Below, in pieces: positions 25,530-37,354 of a stretch of 64,000 bases of DNA. This stretch comes from Octopus sinensis. Its lineage: Eukaryota. Numbering within the stretch: the first letter of the stretch is position 1; every line of letters starts with the position of its first letter. The DNA is taken from NCBI RefSeq assembly GCF_006345805.1, contig NC_043007.1:44640001-44704000 (forward strand). The letters are read 5' to 3'. The notes under the pieces are model-generated. The model saw nothing but the letters and a program-made list of their open reading frames with translations, was not told the DNA's origin and did no database searches. The translations under genes were made by a program, and so were the position numbers.

Positions 25530-27400
25530 AAAGCTGCCTGCTGATCTAGATGATTCCTGATGGACCGGGGTTTTTCTCTATCTTCATACCCTTAATTGAT
25601 TTATCAACCAAGATACTGTCAATTGAGATAGCTGGTCCCTCTTTTGAATCAACATTCAGCAGACTCTCTTTCTCCCATTCATTCTTTCATAGTAGTATCT
25701 CCAATCTTTCTCTTTGCAGCCTCATTAAATGCAAGTGAGCCTTCATCCATGCAGACACATTTTTCTCCTATGACATCATGATTCTCTCTCACACACTGCC
25801 TTGCAACATGAAACACTTCAAGTCTTTGGTCTTCATGATGCAGAACATTGGCAAATTTTTTCTTATCTGCTTCCCCTTTGTCTAAGTAAACCTGTCTCCT
25901 AGCTTCCCTTCTAGCAATCTGATACAATTCCCTGCTACCACTGTTCTTCCAGTCTGTCCATGTCTGTTTTTTTTCCCCTAATGGCCCTGTCAACTACATT
26001 GTTCTACCACCACGTTACCTTGGATTGAGAAGTGACTTTGCATCATCTACAGATCTGGTCAGTGGCCCTCAACAGGTTGTCCCGTAGGAACCTCCAGTTG
26101 TCTTCCACATCATGTGATGCTATATCCCACCTCTATTTCATCAAAAGCTTCAAGTAATATGTCTCCAAATCTCTGTCCATTTGCAAGATCCGTAAGCTTC
26201 CAGACCCTTCTTCTCCATGCTGGTCATCTTCTGGGCATCCATTTAGCCCTGATTCTGAAGTCGCTAACTACTAATCTATGTTGGGAAGGTTTTGGCATTT
26301 ATAAGTAGCCATCTTTCCTGTTTCCTGGTGAAGATGTAATCAATTTGACTATTGTGTCCACCAGATCAGTAGGTGAACAGGTGACTAGCAGGTTTCCTGA
26401 AGTTATTATTATAAACCATAAGATCATTTGCATCACAGAATTCCAGCAGCCTGGTTCCCTCCTCATTGCAGGAACCAAAACCATAGCCTCCATGTACGCC
26501 ATGGAAGCCCCCTGCATGTTGTCCATCATGCCCATTGAAGTCACCAGCCACAAAGAGAAGATCCCTGTCGTTTGTCAATGAGGTAGTCTGCAAGAAGGTG
26601 TCATAATATTGGTCTTTCTGTTCATCAGGTAGCCCTGGCTGAGAGGCATAAGCCAAGATAATGGTTGCTAACCCATGTTGCAGCACTAATCTAATCTTAA
26701 GTATTCTATCACAGACTTCTAGTGAGGGCGCGTGGCTTAGTGGTTAGGGCATTCGGCTCATGATCGTAAGGTTGTGAGTTCGATTCCCGGCGACGTGTTG
26801 TGTCCTTGAGCAAGACACTTTATTTCACGTTGCTCCAGTCCACTCAGCTGGCAAAAATGAGTTGTACTTGTATTTCAAAGGGTCAGCCTTGTCACTCTCT
26901 GTGTCACACTGATTATCCCTGAGAACTACGTTAAGGGTACACGTGTCTGTGGAATGCTCAGCCATTTGCACGTTAATTTCACGAGCAAGCTGTTCCGTTG
27001 ATCGTATCAGCTGGGACCCTCGTCGTCGTAACCGGCGGAGTCTTTTAGAATCACAGACTTCTGACTACCTCGATTATCTTATTAACCCATTTCTCTGCAA
27101 GAAGTATACCTACGCCCTCCACCCCATCAGTGTTCCCTGCCCAGAAAATCTTATACCTATGTACCTATGTTCATTGCCTGTGAGGAACCTAGCAGAACTT
27201 CCTCTCCACCTTACTTCTTGGATGCAGCCTGTCTCTGTTGTAGCATCTCAACAATCTCATCAGACCTATCTTTCAGTGTACCAACTCTGAGGGTGTGGGT
27301 GGTGTGGGCCTGCGAGATCCGGGGATGGGGGACAGCAGCGTCATGTACCTGAAATGAAAGCTTGCATTTGGCAGAACTCATAAACATACAATAGCCTTCA
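25530..27400 (-). pseudogene. RTE LINE 5' half (AP endonuclease and linker), split by a SINE
   Basis: LRVGTLKDRSDEIVEML (27211..27408); FVAGDFNGH...GYGFG..NEEGTRLLEFCDANDL (26366..26686); linker ORF 25679..25993. Confidence 0.9.
26721..27049 (+). mobile_element. SINE family C, intact, with 13-bp TSD
   Basis: A box TGGCTTAGTGG 26733-26743; B box GTTCGATTCC 26778-26787; TSD ATCACAGACTTCT at 26708-26720 and 27050-27062. Confidence 0.9.
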
Positions 27401-28138
27401 ACCTGCATACACTACACCATCATTTTATGTTACATAATCACTACATTACATAGGAAATAAAACCTAAGTAGGGATGGGAGGAACATTAAGCCTTTGGAGG
27501 TGTTCATGGGAGAGACATCAGATACAGGTCAGAGGATAGAGACTTCCAGTACAGATGGTGGAGGTGGGGGTGAGAAGGGTGGGCACACTGTGAAACAGTA
27601 AAAACTCAGGCTGCTGGTGTGAGAAAATATTAATGATAATAATGAGATGAATTGGGCATTTGTATTCTTAACTAGAGCTATAACCAAGAGTTTTCAATCA
27701 GCCAAACTGTGGCAAAATTAGATAAATGAATGGATAAATGGCAATAATAAATGAGTGTGAAAGAGAGGGAGAAAGAGGGAGAGTTGAATTGAATGAAGGA
27801 ATCTTAAGTTTTATCTCCAAACATACAGCATGGAAGATGAAACTGTCTTTTCATAGATAGATAAAGAAATAGATAGATAATGAAATGAAATAATAAAGTA
27901 ATTAGAATCTGTGCTGAAAAGAGGTTTTAGATGTGTGCTAGGTTAGAAAATAAGGTTGCTTATCTGAACATCTTCTGGTTCCTACTCCGTGTGGCAAGGT
28001 ATTAAAATATGAAATAGGGGAATCTGAATGAGCTAGTTTATATAGGGGTGGGGTGGAGAGCAGAGGTAGAGTGTTGGGGAAGCAAGTGCTTAATGAAACT
28101 GAGAGAGATGAAGAGAGAGAGAGAGAGAGAAAGAGGGT

Positions 28139-28180
<42 letters not shown>

Positions 28181-28202
28181 CCAAAGGCAATGTTAATACT
28201 GA

Positions 28203-28569
28203 GAGGTAATATTTATCTCCACTTAAGTGAAGATAAATATTACTGCCTCTATTACTAATATATATTTTGTAACAATCTCAGTGGCTAATTGCAAGACTAG
28301 CACCTGTTCTGTTATTATTTTTAAATGTATACTGGTGGGGATATGAATCACTGCTATTAGTGGTTGAGTATACATCATTGATAAGACCAAGGAAGGTCGA
28401 AATCATGTAATCTGGTGGTCTCAGTGGCAGGGATTTATCTTCCCACTAACGATATAAACAAGAGGGTATTTTGCACCAAAAGCCAATGGCAGAGTTTCTT
28501 ATATGGTATCTCTACAGTATTGCTCGTTCTAACAAAATATTCACCTTAAGTAGGGATAAATATTACATC
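28203..28569 (+). mobile_element. Short non-coding element with about 30-bp inverted ends and an internal hammerhead (PLE-derived or retrozyme-like)
   Basis: GAGGTAATATTTATCTCCACTTAAGTGAA versus TTCACCTTAAGTAGGGATAAATATTACATC; the left end is itself a hairpin (28206-28243). Confidence 0.55.
28373..28417 (+). ncRNA. Type-I hammerhead with U3-A8 compensatory core
   Basis: catca-TTGATAA-GACC(AAGGAA)GGTC-GAAAT-CATGTA-ATC^tggtg; stem I 5 bp, stem II 4 bp, AUC cleavage triplet. Confidence 0.55.
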
Positions 28570-28939
28570 TTTCAGTACGTAGACAAATTCAGATCTTAAA
28601 AGATTGCATTAGTAAAGCCTTAGTTACTTAATAATATCAAAATAGCCCTATACACACACAGGTTATTCAATTGATATCAATGCTCTACATCCTCTGACTC
28701 TTAGATATACTGTTTCCTTTCTCTTCCTGTTTTATTGCTACTTAATGACACCTGTTCCTCTGAAAAAGACAGGTGTATAATATGTTGAGAGCAGGCCTAC
28801 AGATGTACTGTTTATTTTCTCTTATATGGCCCAAGATATATTACTGCTCCTATTTCTCTGCCTCTTCTACTCTCCTATGTCACTGGCTGACAGACAGTCA
28901 ATTTCATCTCTCCCTCATTCCCTTCTCTCTCTTCCTCCC

Positions 28940-29230
28940 TCATACACACTAACTAAACATAGACGCACATAGAGATATACACATGCGCAAATGAAGACAC
29001 ATACAATAGAAATACAAAATACAAAATGGCTGACCGTTAGTAAGGAGAGACACACAAATAAGAAAGAAGAAAGCAAAGGACCACTGATGCGGTCACAGGA
29101 GTGTGACGAGAGAACTCTGGCCGAAATAAGATTAAGATTAATGTAAAAAATAAACAACGCTGAAGCAAAGTAACACCAAATATATAGTGCGTGTGTTTTT
29201 ATTGGCTAAACGACCATTCTTAAATACAAC
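28940..29230. repeat. Interspersed repeat terminus (pLTR-like), also present at about 6020-6070
   Basis: Shared TTTATTGGCTAAAC...GACCATTC.TAAATACAACAATATATA end abutting (TA)n. Confidence 0.5.
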
Positions 29231-29399
29231 AATATATATATGTATATATATATATATTAAGAAAATAAGAAAATAGAGAGATAATTAATAATTATTTTTT
29301 AATTAGAAAATTAGATATTTTTATTTTTTAATTAATAAGTGATTATTAATTATCTCTCTATTTTCTTATCTTCTTAAAATATATATAAACCATAGTTTA

Positions 29400-29661
29400 T
29401 CCAGTTACCTTACAGTTGAATATTGTGTTGGCCTCTGAGTAGGTATCGTCATGACAACTTTCTCTGTCATGGTCAATGTGACGGTCACATTACACATGTT
29501 CCTTCTAAGCACTGCTGTAAATGGCAGAAGTGAGCTAGACCATTAAAACTTAGTGCATTTGCACAACAGCGTTCAAGGTCAATCTGTGCCAAGCAGCTTT
29601 ACACTGCGTGCCTTAGCTTTGTTATTATGGCAACAGTCCGGATACATATTAATCAGACCTC

Positions 29662-29663
<2 letters not shown>
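29400..29663 (-). mobile_element. mariner 5' end fragment (same family as 50962-51792)
   Basis: Shares AAGCACTGCTGTAAA...CAAGGTCAATCT.TGCCAAGCAGCTT...ATGGCAACAGTC...ATCAGAC with 51640-51792. Confidence 0.75.
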
Positions 29664-29695
<32 letters not shown>

Positions 29696-30009
29696 ATGTA
29701 TTCTTATGTATATCTATGTATGTACGCATACTTCCATTTGTGCGTTCAACTTTACACATGCAAAATCCCCTGCATGTATCATAAACATAAATAGAACATT
29801 GGTTGGAGAGCACTTTTACGCAGAAATGACAATTACGCAAATTTAAGAAAGTTAGAGAGAGGGGGGAGAGAGAGTGGAAGGAAGAGAGTGAAGTGAAAGT
29901 GCGGTTGTGGGTTATGATGAAATCATTCAAGGGTTTTACTTTGTAATGAAATGATTCATACTATAAAGAATGTATAAACTTTCAACCATTAAAACACACA
30001 CACACACAT

Positions 30010-30043
<34 letters not shown>

Positions 30044-30169
30044 ATAAAACAAACTAGAAAAGAAAAACAGTAATAAAGAGAAAATCAAAAGAAAATTAAC
30101 TGAAACATGCTGTTATTTTCTTCCTTAGTATAATTATTCTTCTTTTCCAGTTTTTTCCAGTATTGTTAT

Positions 30170-30640
30170 TTTTATTGTTTTCCAATATTATTATTTTTAT
30201 TGTTATTTACTTTTAATCTGCATGTTTGTTACAATCACTTGCTGAGACACACCCAGCCTCCTAGGGTGAGTGAAGGATAAGAGATATTACAGTATGACTG
30301 AAAGCTTGGAGAGGGGAAGTGGTAGGGGCAGTAGCAAAATATCTTCATGTAATAGAACTCAGTCATTTAAATTGATTGACTTTTTCTGAGGATGTGGGCA
30401 GTACTTGTCAGCACAATCTTTTGGATTTCTCTGAGGCATGGTTCTCCTGGGATATTATCTAGATGTTTCTGACATCCCTTTTTTTACGTACCTAGGGCAC
30501 CTAAAATAACAGGAAATGTTCTCACTTTAAGATGCCACATCTTTCGTATTTCAATTTCCAGGTCCTTATATTTACTTAATTTGTCAAATTCCTTGACAAA
30601 TATATTTTTATCAGTGGGAACACTTACACCTATTAGACTA
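30170..30640 (-). pseudogene. R4/Dong LINE 3' end
   Basis: VSVPTDKNIFVKEFDKLSKYKDLEIEIRKMWHLKVRTFPVILGALG. Confidence 0.8.
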
Positions 30641-30649
30641 CAATGATAA

Positions 30650-32373
30650 TCTTATACTATATAATAAGAGCCACGGCTGTCCATCTGTCTGAAGCCATCA
30701 ATAATTAGATAGAGGAAAAGTAGAGTTAGAGAGAGAGAGGGAGGTAGAGAAGTAGGGTTGAGAAGAAAGAGAGACAGAGAGAGACACACACAAAGAGAGA
30801 GAGAACATATGCGTATGTAAAAGGAATGTCTGTATTTTATTTACACGCTGTATAAATAAGATACAAATATTATCATGTCTGGCCATGTCTGTCTGTCCGT
30901 CTGTCCAAAGCCATCAGTAATTAGATAGAGCTGTGATTCCCAATGTGGGGCATGGTAATATTTTGGTGAGGCATGTGTAGGGTTATGTGATACCTTTTGT
31001 ACACAATGTTTAGTATACCAATAGAGAAAGGGGACAATTCAAGAATGAGTTATTATGAAAAAATTCTTTGGACACTTTAGAGACAACAATCCATAAGACC
31101 TGAGGTCACTAAAGAGGGAATACATTATTTCCTTTGATTTAGTGGTATGTGAAAACATGTAGGTAATTACAAATGTGCGCGTGTGTGTGTTTGTGTGTGC
31201 ATGTGTGCGTGCATGCATGTATGTAGTATAGAACTGGTCAGTACTGAAAGCAATGCCTTCTTAAATCCCTATGGAGAAATAAACTGGAGACAGACTTATG
31301 TGTACGAGTGTGTCTAAGAGTATTGAGTCTTATCTCTGGCGACAGTGAGGGATGAAAGAATTGGATGGTGTGAAATGGGTTGAAGTAGAGTGGAAGTAAA
31401 GGGAGCCGTCAGTGAAGGAAGAGAAAGAGGCAGAGTGAGAAACACAGAGAGAGAGAAAGAGACAGATATATAGAGAAAGAGAAAGAAAGAGGCAGATATA
31501 TATATATATAGTGATAGATAAATAGATAGAAAGATAGACAGATAGATAGATCGATAGATAGATAGAAATTTATGGTACTGGTAATGCATACATACACACA
31601 TACATGTATATAGATGAACAGAGATGAAAATTAACTGGTCATTTTATTCCTGCCAGTCAGTTTTGTGAATTCAGCAAAAAGGTAAGAAAAACTTCCATCA
31701 TTGATACAAAGGCTTATGCAGCTGAGAAGATTCACGGAATAATTTTTTGTTTCTTTTTGAGCATATTTTCTGAAAGTTTATACCAAAATCTTTTTGAAGA
31801 AATTGTTGAAAAAATTTGCTTGAACTGAAATCTCTTTGTATTTGATTCAAATAAAAATAAGTTCGTCAATATTCAGAGGAATATTTTAAATTTGGATTTA
31901 TACCCACTATCCATGATAAACTGTCACCAAGTTATGGGCAAAAAACTCAGTGCATGCTTGATTGTCTTGGACGAGGCACCCATGTCTCATCGTTATCTAT
32001 TTACTCATGGCCAATTATATGTCGTTCTTAGTAGAGTTGGGGGATCCAATGAATCTTAAAATATTTGCTGATCAAAAAGAATTTACCAAATCAAGAACAA
32101 GTAGACATCATAATGTAAATGTAAGAAGACTTACACGTAATGTCTACATGGAAATAGCATAAATATTGATATACTGCCTATCTAAAAAGTACAGATTTGT
32201 TTAATATTTTCTTTGTTATCTTATAACTGATTTTGTAAAATATTTGCATAAATAAGAATATGTAAATATATTATCAAATTATATCTTTTGTGTATTTCTC
32301 AAACAATAGTTGAATTAAATTGAAGTGTCATTCATAGCATTGTTTTTTTCCTTATTGATGGGTCATGTACTAG
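30650..32373 (+). mobile_element. Non-autonomous Helitron retaining the helicase C-terminus
   Basis: A|TCTTATACTATATAATAAG 5' end; CTAG|T 3' end (32370-32373); ORF 31962..32162 contains FTHGQLYVVLSRV (PIF1-family helicase motif VI). Confidence 0.75.
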
Positions 32374-32412
32374 TAATAATAATAATAATAATAAAATTAT
32401 TATTATTATTAA

Positions 32413-32465
<53 letters not shown>

Positions 32466-32489
32466 TTTCAAACAAATTAATTTTAAAAT

Positions 32490-33735
32490 GGGGGTAGGAC
32501 TGCCTTTGGCAGTAACTACAACTTGAATTCTACAAGATATGAACTCGTACAAAGTTTGAATTGTTTCCAAAGGAATTTTTGTCCATTCTTCAGCTAAAAC
32601 AGTCTTCAGTTCTTGTAGTAATGATGGTGGAGGATATCAACTCCTTACTTGTTTTTCTAAAATGCACCATAAATGTTCAATAATATTGAGATCTAGGGGC
32701 TGTGGAGGCCAGATAAGATATTTAATTTTACTAGAATGTTCCTTGTGCCATTCAGTAGCAACTTTATCTGTGTGAATGGGTGCATTATCATCCTGAAAGA
32801 TTGCGTTTCCCTCCGAAAACAGTCCTGCAACCATAGGATGAATTTGGTCAGCTAAAATGCTTAAATAGTATTGACTATTAATTCTGCCATGAAAGGAAAC
32901 CATTGGGTCGGTAGATTTCAAAGATATAGCCCCCACCCCCAGATCATCACAGATCCTCCTCCATGTTAACCAGTTGGAAGACGGTAAGAGAAACATGTGA
33001 TAGTAGTCTGGATCAAATGCTTCTTTTGGCTGTCTCCACATGTAAATGTAAGAAGACTTACAGTGGTCAGAAATAGGGTAAAGGATGATTCATCCAACAA
33101 AATAACGTTCTTCCATTGCTCTAGGGATCAATTCTGTAGGTTTTTACTCCACTCTAAACGCTTTGCAATGTTTGTTTTTGAAAGTAGTGGTTTTCTAATT
33201 GCAGCCCTCCTGTGAAATCCAGCTTTGTGCAGCTCCCAGCAAACAGTTTTTGTGGAAACTGGGTTCTTGAGGTGGTGATTAAGCTCTGCAGTAATTTCAG
33301 GAGCTGTACTTTTGTGATCCTTTCTAACAATTCACACAAGAGTCTGACAGTCCCTATCTGAAAGCTTTGGTTTTCTTCCAGACGTTTGTTTCGACGAGGA
33401 AGATTTTCCCTCTTTCTCAAAGGCTGTCATTACTTTCAAGACAGTACTTTTTGATACACCAAGCATTTCAGCTGCTTTTGTTATGCCAGCACCTGTCATA
33501 TGAGCACCAACAATTTGACCTCTTTGAAAGTCTGATAGATCTGTCATTTTAATGAATTTTAATTACCTTTTTCTAATGTCTGAAAAGAAACAACAATTTT
33601 AGTAAAACATTTTAAGCAACACTAATAATAAATAAAAAAAAACATAAAAATAAACAAGCTTTTGATGGTTTTATAGATACTTCAAAATTATGATGCTATG
33701 ATGCTAGGTGTTTCCATTATTTTGTCCAACCCCTG
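32490..33735 (-). mobile_element. Tc1 (DD34E) transposon, one TIR, frameshifted transposase
   Basis: TA|CAGGGGTTGGACAAAATAATGGAAACACC; MTDLSDFQRGQIVGA...SGRKPKL; DESSF; FQDDNAPIH; WPPQPLDLNIIEHLW. Confidence 0.9.
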
Positions 33736-34189
33736 TATGTGGTGAAATGTAGTTCAACCTAGATAACTCGAGATAGATCTTTTGTTCCCTCGACCTACCT
33801 TAGGTTGGAAATTATTATAAACACAGAACACTAAATAGAATTTTTTCTCTTTTTACTTGGCACTTTGGCAGAGTATATCCCTGCTTTATGTTCACAACAC
33901 TTATGTCTGCAGAGAGATAATACCTCACTCTCTCTCTCTTTATTCATGGCTATCACATGTTTCTCTTACCATTTCAACTCAGCAATCCAGAGAAGTAAAT
34001 CCTCTTACTTTCTCTCTCTTTCTTTTCCCTTTGGTCATGAAGTAGTAAACTACATTGAACATAGCTACCTATATGATGGACACCAGAAGCAGTCTCAATG
34101 TATTAACAAGTCAGATCAGTCGTGAGTATTGTAACAGTAAATAAAAACAATTTAACCTTTATCTACTTCTTGTTATTTATACCAATCAC

Positions 34190-34490
34190 CATTGTGTCTA
34201 TACTACTGCATCTGTTAGAGCCTTCAGTTACATATAACTACTATATTTTGGTGATCCAATGTTCAAACCATTACATCATGCTAACAATAAGCAGTAAATC
34301 CACAGTCCCCTTGACTTCTTTCTGTTTCCCTTTTGCTCCTCTAGCAATAGATTTTCTTTCTGAAAACTACATGCTTTATCTGCTATGAAGCTAGTTAATA
34401 ATTTCCAAGGGGAATGATAAGCATGTGATACGTCTATAATTACTGACTTCCTCTCTCTTTTCTTTGTCCTTTCATGTAAGCACTGTTTTT
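34190..34490 (-). pseudogene. R4/Dong RT N-terminal fragment
   Basis: EVSNYRRITCLSFPWKLLTSFIA...EEQKGNRKKSRGTVDLLLI. Confidence 0.7.
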
Positions 34491-34928
34491 CCTTTTGTCA
34501 TCCATTTTGCTATTCAATTTTCTATACAATCTCCAAGAAACAGTTGTATAAAGCTGTGTATATTATTTTGACCCAAAATCCATAAGTACAACTGTTCCAA
34601 GAGTGTGAATCTGTGGTTAGATTTGGATACTATTTCAAGCAGAACAAGTAACCATACAGTTGGTTTGTATGAATACAAATTCAATAAACATGTAAGCTGA
34701 TGAACATGGAGATAAGTTCAGAATATTAATAACTTGCTTGTTGAGTTATTATAATAAGTAAGAAAAAAGAAGAGGACAGAAACAGGAAGACTTCTTTTTG
34801 TAAAGTTTATATTCATTTATGCATGAGAAGCCAACTGCCTTTATTATTTTTTAAAATCCTGTCTGAAGTAGTTCAAGTCTACAACAGGTGACAACAAGGT
34901 GCAAAATATAATTACGTATTTGAATATA

Positions 34929-34965
<37 letters not shown>

Positions 34966-35067
34966 TATTTATATATAACCAAATAATTATCACATATTAT
35001 ATTTACAGATAAATTCCTCTATTTACATATATCGAGGTCTCTTTCATTCGTTTCTTGTCTTACCATT

Positions 35068-36712
35068 ACTATCATCATCATCATCATCATCATCGTTTAA
35101 CGTCCGTTCTCCATTCTAGCATGGGTTGGACGGTTCGACCTGGGATCTGGGAAGCCAGAAGGCTGCACCAGGCTCCAGTCTTATCTGGCAATGTTTCTAC
35201 AGCTGGATGCCCTTCCTAACGCCAACCACTCCGTGAGTGTAGTGGGTGCTTTTTACGTGCCACCTGCACTGGTGCCAGGCGAGGCTAGCAATGGCCACGG
35301 TTGGATTGGTGCATTTTACATGTCACCGGCACGGAAGCCAGTCAAGGCGGCACTGGCATCGGCCACGATTCGGATGGTGCTTTTTACATGCCACCGGCAT
35401 GGAAGCCAGTCGAGGTGGCGCTGGCATCGGCCACGATTCGGATAGTGCTTTTACGTACCACCAGTCCAGGGCTCCTGGCATCTGCCGGGTGCCAGTCATA
35501 GGATTGGTTCAATTTCGATTTCACTTGCCCCAACAGGTCTTCACAAGCAATGGGTGCCTGTCGTTGGATGAGGTTCGATATCCACTTCGCTTGCCTCAAC
35601 AGGTCTTTGTGTGTCCAAGGGAGGAAAGGCATGCATAAGTGGCCTGGACTCACTTGTCCTGCCTGATCTTCTCACGCACAGCATATTTCCAAAGGTCTTG
35701 GTCGCTGGTCATTTCCTCAGTGAGACCTAAAGTTTGAAGGTCGTGCTTCACCACCTTGTCCCAGGTTTTCCTGGGTCTACCTCTTCCACGGGTTCCCTCA
35801 ACTGCTAGGGATTGGCACTTTTTCACACACCTATCTTCATCCATTCTCACCACATGACCATACCAGCGCAATCGTCTCTCTTGCACACCACAACTGATGC
35901 TTCTTAGGTCCAACATTTCTCTCAAGGTACTAACGCTCTGTCGAGTATGCACACTGACATTACACATCCATCGGAGCATATTGGCTTCATTCCTCGCGAG
36001 CTTACGCATGTCCTCAGAAGTCACGGCCCATGTTTCACTGCCATGTAGCATAGTTGTTTGTAGACATGCATCATACAGTCTGCCTTTTACTCTGAGCGAG
36101 AGGCCTTTAGTCACCAGCAGAGATAAGAGCTCCCTGAACTTTGCCCAGGCTATTCTTACTCTAGCAGTTACACTTTCAACGCACCCACCCCCACTACTGA
36201 CTTGGTCACCTAGATAACGGAAGCTATCAACTACTTCTAGTTTTTCCCCCTGGAAAGTGACAGAAGTTGTTTTCTGCAGATTTTCAGAGTTTATTGCTCC
36301 TGAGCATCTGCCACATACAAAAACTATCTTCCTAGTTAGCCTTCCTTTGACATTGCTGCACCACTTATGTGTCCATAGCTTACACTGGGTACATCTTATA
36401 GAGTTTCTACCTACACCTTTTCTACAGATCGAGCAGGGCCATCTTCCTGAAGACATTTGTGGATTGTCTACCTTCCTACTTATTAGTACTTTGGTTTTAG
36501 CTAGGTTGACTCTAAGGCCCCTCGATTCTAAACCCTCCTTCCACACCTGGAACTTCTCCCCCAGTTCTGATAGTGACTCAGCAATTAGAGCAAGGTCGTC
36601 AACATAGAGGAGCTCCCAGGGGCAACCTGTCTTGAATTCCTCCGTAATTGCCTGGAGGACTATGATAAATAGGAGGGGGCTGAGTACTGAACCTTGGTGG
36701 ACCCCAACCTCT
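35068..36712 (-). mobile_element. 5'-truncated RTE LINE (RT motifs 4-7, PHD-like finger, C-terminus, tandem-repeat 3' UTR, (GAT)n tail)
   Basis: GVHQGSVLSPLLF...LLYVDDL upstream of open ORF 35650..36546 (FRYLG, MLHGSETW, RRLRWYGHV, GRGRPRKTW); about 63-68 bp repeats at 35246-35460; (ATC)n at 35068-35094. Confidence 0.95.
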
Positions 36713-36723
36713 ACTTATATATA

Positions 36724-36769
<46 letters not shown>

Positions 36770-36789
36770 CACATACATATATATACACA

Positions 36790-37350
36790 CAAACACCTCC
36801 TTCTTTTTGCTTTTAATCAAGGTTCTAAGGCCGCAAAAGCTGCTCGTGACATTTGTGCTGTGTATGGAGAGGGTGCCATAGCTGAAAGAACCACTCGTGA
36901 TTGGTATGGCAAGTTCAAAAATGGAAATTTCGACCTCAAAGACACACCTCATTCTGGCTGTCCAGTTGAGTTCAATGAAGAGCGATTAAACCAACTTTTG
37001 CATGAAAATTCTCGTCAAATGACAAGGGAACTGGCAGAGAAAATGGAATGTTCCCGCACTGCTATAGAAAAGCATCTTCATTTGATGGGAAAGGTTCAGA
37101 AGTACAGAGCATGGGTTCCGCATGCTTTAAGTGACAACAACAAAAATCAACGAGCCACAAACTCTGCTGGTTTACTTGCTTGTCACTGCTCAACTCATGG
37201 ACACAAGCAACGATTTCTTTACCAAATCGTTACTGGCGACGAAAAATGGTGCCTGTACATCAATATGAAGCAGTGTAAGGAATGGCTTAGACCCAGTAAA
37301 CAAGCGAAACCCCGCGTGAAACAAGATCTTCATCCACGTAAAACAATGTT
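36790..37350 (+). pseudogene. mariner (Mos1-like) transposase N-terminal two-thirds
   Basis: AARDICAVYGEG...WYGKFKNG...WVPHAL...IVTGDEKWCLY...LHPRKTM; no ATG or TIR; truncated by a PLE. Confidence 0.9.
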
Positions 37351-37354
37351 TTAA

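Noticed and set aside
26729-26790. tRNA gene
   Set aside because: The A/B boxes belong to a SINE head followed by a SINE body and TSD; no complete cloverleaf.
29081-29135. HHR-like CTGATGC-GGTC...GGCC-GAAAT motif
   Set aside because: A9 is replaced by C and no stem I partner follows the putative cleavage site; left as an unclassified repeat terminus.
34045-34121. Candidate exon ending at GTC|gtgagt (MMDTRSSLNVLTSQIS)
   Set aside because: No recognisable homology; acceptor ambiguous; adjacent to an R4 fragment.
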